Shown here: positions 1 to 22,175 of the stretch, one piece after another
How the letters are laid out: each line of letters starts with the position of its first letter
Numbering within the stretch: the stretch's first letter is position 1
Position numbers and translations under genes: made by a program
Notes under the pieces: generated by a model
The model's input: the letters and a program-made list of their open reading frames with translations, nothing else
What the model was told of the DNA's origin: nothing
Database searches by the model: none
NCBI RefSeq assembly: GCF_009914755.1
Contig: NC_060934.1
DNA length: 64,000 nucleotides
Strand: one strand, 5' to 3'
Source: the human T2T-CHM13v2.0 reference genome, Homo sapiens

Positions 1-2782
1 TTCCTGTGGGCTGGCCTTCCCAGCTTGGCCTTCATGACTTAGCCCAGAGTCAACCATTTCACAGAACATTGGATAGCCTGAGCTGCAAGGAACCTCAGGA
101 TCATCCCAGCCAATCCTCTCTTTGTATGCTGGGGAAACTGAGGCCTACAAATGCTCTCGTGAGCTCCCTGGGAAATCTGGCACCTTCCACATTTGTTACA
201 AAGCCTGAGTCAAAGCCAATGGCTTACCAGGCTGCCAGCTACTGGACAGAAACTCCCAGAAAGGGACTGACTGGCTCCACCATCTCTAGTCTGTGACCTC
301 CCAGCTTAGGGCCCAGCTACTGCTTTGCAGTTTAACTCAGTGCCTCCTTGTCCCACCTCCTGCAGCAGGAGTTTCAAGCCCCCTCACATCCCTTTTTGCT
401 GCAAAGGCCAACAGTGTGAGGTCCCTCATCCTTTCAAGGTTGCTCTGAGCCTCCCCTCTCTCGTGACTCTCCCCTCTCTGCCCTTCCACCTCTCCAAGAC
501 CATCCTCTGCCCATGCTCTCGATCCTTCCCTTTTCAACTCTTAACTTGTCCTTTTCCCATGCAGTGCCTGCGGCATCACACAGGGCTGCTCACCACCTGC
601 TGCCATTACCTCTCCATGGCTACCTGGCCGCTGCCCTCTCCGGGGACTGCCTTTTCCTGTTGCTCCATCTCAATCTGTTGCTTCCTCTGCCTTTGCCTGT
701 GGGCTCAGGGCAGGTGTTGCCTGCCATTGTGCCTGCAGCAACTTTCTCTCCATGGTCTATACTTTCCCACAGTGACCTCAGCCATGCACAACTCCAGTGA
801 GCTCCAGGGAACAGACGATACCACACTTTCACCTGTAACCTGGAGCGCTCTCCTGAGTTCCAGGCTGACAGCTCCTTTGGACTATCCCACTGGCACCTCC
901 CACTCTGCTCATCTCTTCCCATCTCAGTTCTTCAGCCTGGTTTCTTCCTGGTCACAGGGGCTTCAATTCTGATTCCCCAGCATCCCATCTGATTCTCCTC
1001 TGCACCTCTCTCTCACACAGGCCTGGTGCCTCTTTTCCAGGGACCTTAGCCTTATCCATGACTGCCTTGTCCCAGGCCCTCAGAATATCCAACCAGCTCA
1101 AGGCAATTCTCTCCTATTGGCTTCCTGCCCTGAAGCTCTCTTCCCTCTCATTAACCTTTCATGCTGTTCTCTTTTAACAACAGTGCCCGTACTTTATTCC
1201 TGCTATCAAAAACCTCAATGGTTTCCTCACTAACTACAGAATAAGGTGAAAATATCTTGGCCTGGTAGAAAAGGATTTCTATGATCTGGCCCCATTTTAT
1301 TTCCCAAACTTAATCCTCTCTGTATACGAATTACCACCTCCACTGCCTCTAAATCTTGCTACACTTTGATCTCTTCCCCCAAACGTTACAACTTTCAGCT
1401 CCTTTGTCTTCTTCCAGGATGCCTTTCCTCAAGTCTCACACCGTCCTCCAAAGCACAATTCAAATGTTAACTCCTGTCATCCCCAAAGCATTCCCTCACT
1501 GTGAGATAACATTATTTTTATGCACTTGCTACAGCACTCACTAAACTGCTGATAATTTAATGTTCAGGAGATTGTCCTCCGCACCTCCTCCCCACCATCA
1601 GACTGTGAACCCATGGATGATGGGGCCTGATTTTTTCATGCCTGTCCTTAAGTCCTCAGCGTCTAACCTTGGGTTTATTTTTTGTTTAATTACAGTTCTG
1701 TCTTGTAATATTTGTTTCTGTAAGTTTTGTCTCTTTCACTAGATTATAAGCTCTTTTGAGGTGAGGGATCACATTTTACCAATCTTGCTAGCACCAAGCA
1801 GAGGACTTTGCAAACAAAACATAAATGATCTTCAACAAAAGTCTGCTGCATTGAATGAGCATCTGGGATGAGCCTAAACCCAAAGCAATAGACCGCCACC
1901 TAATATATCTGTATTACTCCCCCTGGGGAGGCAGGTAGCCAGCCCAGTGGGTAGCCCTGCCCTCTATTTTTGAAGTAAGATCTTTCCCTGTCCCAGACCT
2001 AAACTAATCCCAGGTCTTTGTCAGCTCAGTGGAGGGCTGCAGATGGTAAAGTTTACACGGATGCATAAGGCGTATAGTCTCATAGTCTTTCCAGAAAAGC
2101 ACAAATATGACAAATATGCATGCAGGTGGTTCTTCTGTCTCAGCAAATTCCAGAGCCTGAGCCCCAGAGAGGACACTCCTTCAAGCTCCTGAACTGGTGC
2201 AGGGGCCTGCTGACAGAAAGATCCCCAGAGGCCCTGTGGCCCATCCTTTCTTGGCTGCCTGCTCCTGAGCCCGCAGCAGCATCAGTGTCAGGCAGAATTC
2301 TGACAGCTGGAGGATACCACCCCACCACAGAATATGAATTAATTCACAGGGAGGCTCCTCGAGCAGGTTACCTCAGGTGTCCTGGCAAATACAGCCCGAA
2401 ACCCTCTCCAAGGGGAGGCAAACAGGCCAAAGATCAACCTGCAAGAGTCCGGAGGGAGGAAAGTTCAGCAGTCCAGGCTACCTCTTCCACCAGCGTTCCG
2501 CTTTCTCAATCTCATCAGGCGGGCAGGGCCGGTTAGGAGGCTGACTGCTGTTCCTCAATTTCATTTCTTTTCCTTCATAAACATTTACAGAGTCACAGAA
2601 CATTCTACTTTCTAGCTGTGTCATCCTGGGCATCCCTTACCTCAGAGATTTTCCTCACCCATAGAATAAAGATAATGATCTTTGCTCTGCATCCCTGACT
2701 GGCAGGCTCAAGTGAGAAGGCACAGGTGAAGGAGCTTCCTAAACTGCAAAGCCCTATGGGTATTATTGCCAATCACATTATC

Positions 2783-2908
2783 TGCGCCAACCCTCTAATC
2801 TTCCCGAGGAGGAAACCCAAGCTCAGGAAGGTCACGTGGTAGCCGTCAGGATGAGACTGGGCCCTTCGGAGTGCCTGTTATTCCCAGACGGTTTACTGAG
2901 TGGTGATC
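2783..2908 (+). repeat. 126-bp direct repeat, copy 1 (partly MIR-like; contains GTCACGTG at 2831-2838)
   Basis: Aligns to 4171-4296 with 4 mismatches and no indels. Confidence 0.95.
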
Positions 2909-3640
2909 ACAAGCACCACCCGGTGTCTCTCTCCCCTCTAGCGTGGATTAAGAAAAACTCCTTGGAAAACTTAGGTTAAAGAAAAAAGAAAGGGTTCCCG
3001 GGTGAAGCGAGGTGATGAGTTGTAAAGCCAGCTTCACTCTTCCCTCCCTGGCTCAGGAGGCTCCTGTCCAGGGCAACTCAGCAGCCTCGGCGTCCACATG
3101 GCTGACCGCCGCTGGACTCTTGCGGGCGATGGAGGACTGGCGGTGGCTGAGGTCAGCACCTCCCACCAGGCCACCCGCTCCGAATCTCATCATCGGGAGG
3201 AGTGAGGGGCCCGGCTTCAGGACAGTCCGAGGCGGCGGACTGGGGTGGGTGCAAAGGCCGGCTTGCATTTTGGGAGAGTGGTCCCTGACCCTCAGCCCGA
3301 GAGGTGAGAGGGAGTGAAGATACGGAAGCGCCTTTCCCTGGCGCCCGAAGAACAGAAATGTCTCCCTGTCTAGCGCCCATTCTCTCCCTTAAAGGAGTTA
3401 TGTTTATTTTCCTGAACTGTAATATTTCCCAGGCCGGCGACTGGCCTGGGCTACCGAACGGCCCCTTGGGAAAAGTAGTTCGAGTTCACTTCCAGGTAAG
3501 TTCCCTTCGTCCCGGCTGCCAGCGCGTTTCATTCTCGGAGACCTCAAACCCCAGCGGGCTCCGCCAGCACCCCGAAAGCTGAAGTCCCGGCCGCCCGAGT
3601 CTCCAGACGGCTCGCATCCCGCAGAGGAACAAGAGGGAAA

Positions 3641-3686
3641 AACTACGCCTCCCAGCAGCCACCGCGCGCCTCAGTGCGCAGGCGTA
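3641..3686 (+). promoter_or_regulatory. ZNF143/THAP11-type motif plus NRF1-like site at the 5' end of intron 1
   Basis: AACTACGCCTCCCAGCAGCC (3641-3660) resembles ACTACAnnTCCCA; TGCGCAGGCGTA (3675-3686) resembles the NRF1 palindrome TGCGCATGCGCA. Confidence 0.6.
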
Positions 3687-3794
3687 GCCGCGCCTCGCCA
3701 CCCCTCCCCCTCCCCCAACTGCTCCCGTCGGTCCGTTCCCGTGTTCCCCCCATCAGTTCTAATGTCCCCAGTCTCTCCGGCACCTCACACTCAC

Positions 3795-3927
3795 CGCGAA
3801 CTCGCGGCGTCGGATACAGCCGCTGTGCCTTCTCCAGGAAGCGGAGCGCCCGGTCGGGCTGGTTGCTCTGGATGGCCTTGAGGGCGATGCTGATACAGCG
3901 CTCAGCTTCATCCTTGTTGGATTCCAT
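3795..3927 (-). CDS. DNAJB12: DNAJB12 coding exon 1 (ER-membrane Hsp40 co-chaperone), main ATG to phase-1 splice donor
   Basis: Translates MESNKDEAERCISIALKAIQSNQPDRALRFLEKAQRLYPTPRVR (44 codons + 1 nt), which I recognise as the DNAJB12 N-terminus. Strong Kozak GCCATGG; donor CG|GTGAGT at 3795/3794. Confidence 0.96.
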
Positions 3928-4029
3928 GGCGGAACCAGAACGCGGAACCAGGGAGGGGGAGGCCGGGCGAGCGAAGGGCTGCGCCACCCGCCGGCGCGTC
4001 GCGGGCAGCCGGGCGCGGAGTGATGACAT
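3928..4029 (-). CDS. DNAJB12: In-frame 34-aa N-terminal extension of DNAJB12 from an upstream ATG (otherwise 5'UTR)
   Basis: ATG at 4029-4027 is open and in frame with the main ATG (MSSLRARLPATRRRVAQPFARPASPSLVPRSGSA). Its context, TGGATGT, is weak. Confidence 0.5.
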
Positions 4030-4170
4030 CCACCCTCCGCCCCTCCTTTCCCGAGTTTTGAGCGAGGGTGGAAGTGCTACCGTATGTCTTCTAAGAAAGG
4101 GACGGCTGGTGTAGGTGTCAATAATGGTGCACGCCCAGATTCCATGTTCCGGAGGTCTTAGAGTTGAGTA

Positions 4171-4296
4171 TGCGCCAACCCTCTAATCTTCCGGAGGAGG
4201 AAACCCAAGCTCAGGAAGGTCACGTGGTAGCCGTCGGGATGAGACTGGGGCCTTCGGAGTGCCTGTTATTCCCAGACGGTTTACTAAGTGGTGATC
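4171..4296 (+). repeat. 126-bp direct repeat, copy 2 (contains GTCACGTG at 4219-4226)
   Basis: Aligns to 2783-2908 with 4 mismatches. Confidence 0.95.
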
Positions 4297-4334
4297 TATA
4301 TACGTAATGTAACTACATACGTTTCAGACAAAGG

Positions 4335-6945
<2,611 letters not shown>

Positions 6946-7318
6946 TACACACATAAGAAAGAAGCAAGGTCATGGCCTCCTCAGCTATACATGCTCCTTG
7001 GAAAATTCTTTCACATCCAACCTTCCTTTCCATTCCCATTTTTCCCTTTCCAATGCAAACCCTTACGACTCCATGCTGGCCTGGTACAGACCCTCCTTGA
7101 TAAGACAGTCCTACACTTGGAGAAATTTAAGTTCTCTACAAATTGATAGGTCCCTAATGTGTCCATGGATAAATGCTGGGATCCTTTTCAAACAGCCTCT
7201 CTGAGGTTTGTTGACCTAGCACGACAATTTCCATCTTCCTGTCTCCTGCTAAGAATCATGAAGTATCCTCTTCCATTTCCTATCATGAGGCCTGTCTTCT
7301 CCTGCTGACTACAAGATA

Positions 7319-7687
7319 CAGTCATGTGTCACTTAATGACAGGGATATGTTCTGAGAAAAGTGTTGTTAGGTGATTTTATCACTGTGCGAACATCATAGA
7401 GTCCTTATACAAACCTAAGTTGGTATAGCCTGCTACACACCTAGGGTTTAAGGTATGACCTGTTGCTTCTAGGTTACATACCTGTACAGAACATTACCAT
7501 ACCGAATACAATGGGAAGTATTTGTGTATCTAAACATAGAAAAGGTAATGCATTGTGCTATGACCTTATGATGGCTATGAATGTCACTAGGCAATAGGAC
7601 TTTTTCAGCTCCATTATAATCTTAAGGGACCATTGTCATATATGCTGTCTGTAGTTGGCCAAAATGTTATGATGTGGTGCATGACTC
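7319..7687 (-). mobile_element. Tigger3a-like non-autonomous DNA transposon (TcMar-Tigger)
   Basis: Terminal inverted repeats CAGTCATG...CATGACTC with flanking TA dinucleotides; internal sequence matches my recall of Tigger3a. Confidence 0.8.
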
Positions 7688-7860
7688 TACTTCACACTGT
7701 GAAGAAGGCAATCAAGTAGAAAAGAAAGTCTGTCATTTTCTTGTGTTAGGGAACTGGATTGTGACTGGCCAACTACTGACGGGTGAGCCCTTCTCTTTTC
7801 CTACAATTCATATAAAATGACAAAGTCCTATTTAAATTGTGGGTCAGTGCTTTGGCTTGA

Positions 7861-8642
<782 letters not shown>

Positions 8643-9002
8643 CCTCCCTAAGCTGTTTGTTTTCAGAAAGGCTGTGCTGTTTCAGAAGGGATTATGAACT
8701 GACCCTGAAGGCTGGTCTAAGGAGCCCCTGCCTTTCTTACAAATCTGAGTCACACTGGATGTCTTGCTTTTGGTCCTGAGGCTAATTTGACTTTTTATTT
8801 GTCCCTCTCAGTCCAAAGGCCAGGAAAGAGAGACACCCCGCCTTGCTCAGGTCATGTTAAACATTATAGTCCCTGGTCTTGGAGCTGGTATGCTAGGGAT
8901 GACTTGGGAACACTCTCTCCTTGATGATCTTTGAAATCAAGATGTCATGATTTTGATCTAAGGGAAAAAACTGGAAACATCCATTCTGACTAGCTGGGAT
9001 CA

Positions 9003-9401
<399 letters not shown>

Positions 9402-10537
9402 TCACTGGAAAAAGGAATCTACCAATGAATCTCAGCATCTCCTCATTTTGCTCCTAGACCTAAAACCACCTTTGTATTGGGTGACCACCAGCCTCTAGAT
9501 TTCTCTCCTCTGGGGATACCAAGAATTCACAATCTGCCTTTAACATGCTTGTATTTCCCATTGTACCTTCCCCATCTTTACTGAGCCAATGCTTCACCTC
9601 ACTCGTATCTATATGCCTGTTGGCTTTAATTCTTTCCTATCTGTCCAAATCTAATTTATTCTTTAGGGCTTGGCTTAAACCCTATCTCCTCTGTGTGAGA
9701 GAGAATTTAATGGTCATATGTCTACATGGAAAGCCAGGCACTGTGCAGAGATTTAGGGATTCAGAGATGCACCATGAATAAGGACAGAACCTGCCATCAG
9801 GGAGCTCACAGTCTAGTAAGGGAAACAGATTGGAAAGAATGACAGGGTACTATGGTAAGGACAATGGGACTGTGTAAACTCCAGCAGCTCAGAAGACACA
9901 GTTATCAGTTATGTGTGTAGCACTGGGAAGGTTTCCTGTGGGAGATGACATCTGAGCCAGGGTCTGAGGCTGAGAAAGGGGCTTCTTCAGGAACTCCCCC
10001 TGCTTTGAACTCCCATAGCACTTATTAAGCCCAGACCCTCCATGGACTCCCACTTTCACTGCCTTTGCTTGCAAGTTTACTTACATTCTGTCTCCAGCTA
10101 AACCAATTTGGAGATCTTGCCCGTGTTCCCCATGGTCTGAGCACAGGGCCCTGATACCTAATAGAGGCTCATACATATTTGTTAAATGAATAGAATAAGT
10201 TAATCCCACAGACAGGTTTTTCTCTCCTCACATATTTTATCCAGAGCTTCCCTGAGCAAGTCAGGGGGCTAGATTCCTTCCTAAGGCTTCAGGAAGAATG
10301 GCCAAGTCGTGGAATATGCCCCACTTCATGGCCTTTGCTCTTTTACTCCCTGGCTCCCCAGTGTCTCTTTCTGCCTCCAAATGTGACCCTGCAAGGCCTC
10401 TTTATAAAAAAAAAAAAACAACTCCAGGCTCCAAAATCTCTCCCTCAATAAACTACCCTTTTGACTAAGCTATGGTATATAATGGAATACCATGCAGCTG
10501 TGGGGATGGCTGAGAATGAGACCTCAACGTAGACACC

Positions 10538-14010
<3,473 letters not shown>

Positions 14011-14760
14011 TGAGCTGAGTCTTGGAGGAGGGGAGGCTTATTCTATCTAGGTTAGAAGAAACAATCTGAATAAAAACCGAAGCAGAAATCAACCCTGTGT
14101 GTTCCCATATGCTCCCCAGCTCATCAAAAACTCTGCCTACTAAAATCGTCTCAGGCTGCTCACATGTCACCTTGCCTGAGGACTTTTTCCTTGGGGGACC
14201 TTGGTCTCTTCTGGGTCTTAGCTTGTACCTCTCACCTGCACATTTAACCTATTGTGCCAAAGTGCGGCTGTCATGTCTTCTTGAGCACCTGGACCACCCT
14301 CTGCTTCCTCAGGCACTCCTAGGAGCTGGTGGAGTTCATTTGGAATTCCATGTACCTGTGATAGGTACCCTTGACCCTGGGTTTCAAGATGTTGCATGTG
14401 AGATCCTGACCCTCTCCTGCCATGCTCCAGCTTTCAGCTTTAGCGAGCCCAGGCCAATCAGCAGATCTCTTGTAGGGAAATGAATGTCCCACAAAGGCCG
14501 TGAATGAGACTCCTCTTTCAGGCTGGAGAAAGGAGGGTCAAAGGAAAGAGTGATTTTAGGATTCGGGGACAAATTTAAGAAAAGCTCACATTTTGCTTAT
14601 GCCCCAGGCCTGGAGCAATGAGAAGAGCAAAGCCTTTGCTTTGATACCAGGGACACCCCAAGAGGGGAAAGGTGGCAGACAGATGATAAGATAGGAGAGT
14701 GGCCAACTCCTTTGAGAGATAATCTGATATCCCAGAAAGGATGTTAAAAGTGAGGTTGTG

Positions 14761-16018
<1,258 letters not shown>

Positions 16019-16324
16019 CCCCACACAACTTAGGTCCACCATACTAGATGATTCCTCACATACTCCCCATCTTAGTTCTTTACTGTGGGGCATGAATAAG
16101 CAAGGACTGTGTACCTTGGCCCAGAATGAAATGCTAACCAAACTGTGCGGGGACAATGCCACCACTAACCTCCAAAAGCCCTCACTTTTTGTCTGTGCCT
16201 AAAGCTGCTCTTCATCAGAAAGAACCAGACTCTGGTAGAAAGAAAACAGGTCTGCTTCCAGCAAGATCTCAAATCCAGTGGGGACATAAAATGAAAAGGG
16301 CCTAGAGGACCCTAAAATAAAGGA

Positions 16325-17186
16325 GACAGGGAACTTTGGGGATGTTTATTGCAAATGGTTATAATTTAAGTGATATTTACAATTGTTTAAGACAGAGGGC
16401 AAACAGGCTCTGAGCCAGGCCTCAGCTTTAGAGGCCCATCCTGGAGAGGAAATGGCACTTGCAGGGAACATGAGCTCAATCACTATTGCTCACTAAGCAC
16501 AGGGTCACACTGGAGTCATCTTAGGGAGGCTGCGAGGAAGAAAAGGGAGTGCACAGAGCCATGAAGCAACTACTTTAAATTCTGAATCTTGCTGTGTTCC
16601 CACTGAGCATGCTGCCTTCCTAGAGCAGGCCTTGGAGCCATCCCAGGGACTAACACAGATCCTTCCTGGGGCGCAGGCTTCTCACACTAGCGTAGGGTGC
16701 CTAGGTCATCCTCATCATTGTTTATCATCACAGACTTCTTTCTGCCTGCCAGATATCTTCCCTACTTGTGGCTTTAAAACACCAGCAGGAGGGAAGTCAA
16801 GGAATGTTCTTGTTAGTATAAATCCATAGCAAAAACGATTTGAGAACTGGATGCTTCCCAGGGTTGGCAGGTGTGTGGATGGTTCCCTGAATTCTTTATC
16901 CACAGGATGCTTGAATGGGTGGTGCTGTTGAGGCTGACAAATGTCTGAGCTTTACAGACTTGTTCATGTTTTTGAGAACCTATGGGGATACTCATTGGGC
17001 AGAATCAGAGCCCAGCAGAACACGGGGACGGGGAAGGGTAAAGAGGGGAAACCGACAGAGTCCTGAGGTCATCCCGGGAGGAAGGGAGACTACTTCCAGA
17101 AGCAGCAGCACAAAGGGCTCTGCCGAGACTCTGCGGAGGGGGTCCAGGGTACTGGGGGTGGAGGGGTCCCCTCTTGCAGTGTGGGG
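16325..17186 (-). other. MICU1: MICU1 3'UTR (~0.85 kb; cleavage site approximate)
   Basis: Repeat-free sequence between the TAA stop and AATAAA. Confidence 0.8.
16345..16350 (-). terminator. MICU1: MICU1 polyadenylation signal AATAAA
   Basis: TTTATT on the plus strand ~840 nt past the stop codon, followed on the minus strand by a U-rich downstream element (CTGTCTCCTTTATTTT). Confidence 0.85.
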
Positions 17187-17435
<249 letters not shown>

Positions 17436-17987
17436 TCAAAGCCCAGACATTCTCCACAGCCAAACTCAATTCTCTTATCCTAGAATTCATTAGTTTATTC
17501 CTTCCTCGATATTTCCAACTGCAACTCAGTGACAGTTCAGTGTAGTGTGACAAAAGTTGAATGAAAATACAGTATATGCCAGGTCTTGTGCCAGGTGTTT
17601 AGAACAAGGAGATAAATGAGCTTTGTGCTTTGTCCCTGGAAATACTTCCAGGCTGTAGGAGAGACAAATTATTATACCACAGTGTGGGGTAAACGGAGGA
17701 TGCTATGGGGGGCACAGAGGAAGAATCTCCCACCCTGGCTGAGGGTAATGCAAATACAGATAGTAAAGGCTTCCTGGAAGTGACTCCTGAGTAGAATCTC
17801 ACAGGATTAGCAGCAATTGGCCAAGTTAAGGGGAGATGAGGGAGGCATTCCAGGGAGGAGAAGCAGCATAAGCATGAGTACAGGCAGGATACAGCGTGGC
17901 TGCCAGGGAACTGCAAGTAGGCAGTTAGGTATTGCTGGACACTAAAGAAGCAGGTGCATGGGAAGTAAACTAAGGAGGAAGGCAGGG

Positions 17988-19171
<1,184 letters not shown>

Positions 19172-19728
19172 AAGAGCATCTGTTTTAATTAGAAACCACC
19201 CAAGCCACACAGAACAGTAACCACTGTAATAGCAGAGGTACAGTCACCCTTTGCAAGACACCCAGGGGCCTGTTGATTAAAATAATGACACCCATTACTG
19301 GTGGTGATAAGATAGCAGGAAACCCACAAACCTACCTCTACTCATGATTGGTCTGGGAAGAGTGTGGTAAGAAGGAATAAATGGTTTACTTCTGTAGAGT
19401 ACCCAAAACCTAAACTGGCTCATGTTTTCTGGCTGAAGAGAGTATGGGCATCCTCAGAGACAGGAAACCCCCCACAGCAAGACAAAACCCAAAACCAAAC
19501 CCAACAAAACAAAACCCAAAACCAAAACAAAAAAACACTTGGCTTATTTATATAAAGTACAAAGGTAAAACTGTGTTACTAGAAGTCAGAAAAGTGGTGA
19601 CTCTTGGGGAAGGAAGTGACTGGAGGTACCAAGTAGGGCTCTATAGTCCTGGTAATGTGATGTTTCTAAATAATGCTGGTTATACAAGTGTGTTCAGCTT
19701 TTTAAAAATTTACCAAGCTGTACACTTA

Positions 19729-21964
<2,236 letters not shown>

Positions 21965-22175
21965 TCACTTCATTCAAACTACTATGGGTTTACCTTCTGC
22001 TTCCGTAAGGACCACATGACCACTATGAGTGGATTTTGTTACTGTGAACCAGGTCTATAACTGTATGTTATTTGCATGCATGTGTGATTTGTGAGTTCAA
22101 TTCTAAAATCTGTGATGAAGAAGTCTATTTGAAAATCGAATTCTCCATCCCCTGGCACTTTATTTTGTTTGTTCA

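Larger units (their letters stand above)
1..3794 (-). other. DNAJB12: DNAJB12 intron 1 (partial, continues beyond window start); contains old MIR/L2 fragments
   Basis: Lies downstream of the GTGAGT donor. No further DNAJB12 coding sequence (J-domain/HPD) seen in 1-3794. Confidence 0.85.
3080..4270. promoter_or_regulatory. CpG island / DNAJB12 promoter
   Basis: High GC and dense CpG relative to flanks. GC box CCGCCC at 4037-4042, ETS-like GGAAGTG near 4070 and 3487, E-box at 4219-4226. No obvious TATA box. Confidence 0.88.

Noticed and set aside
325-972. 215-aa plus-strand ORF rich in Cys/Pro/Ser/Leu
   Set aside because: Non-ATG start, antisense within a DNAJB12 intron, composition explained by pyrimidine-rich DNA, no recognisable domain.
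3643-3794. Continuation of the DNAJB12 ORF (GECEVPERLG...)
   Set aside because: Read-through past the GTGAGT donor into intron 1; not part of the protein.
3674-4114. 146-aa ORF antisense to DNAJB12 exon 1
   Set aside because: GTG start; a stop-poor shadow of GC-rich coding and CpG-island sequence.
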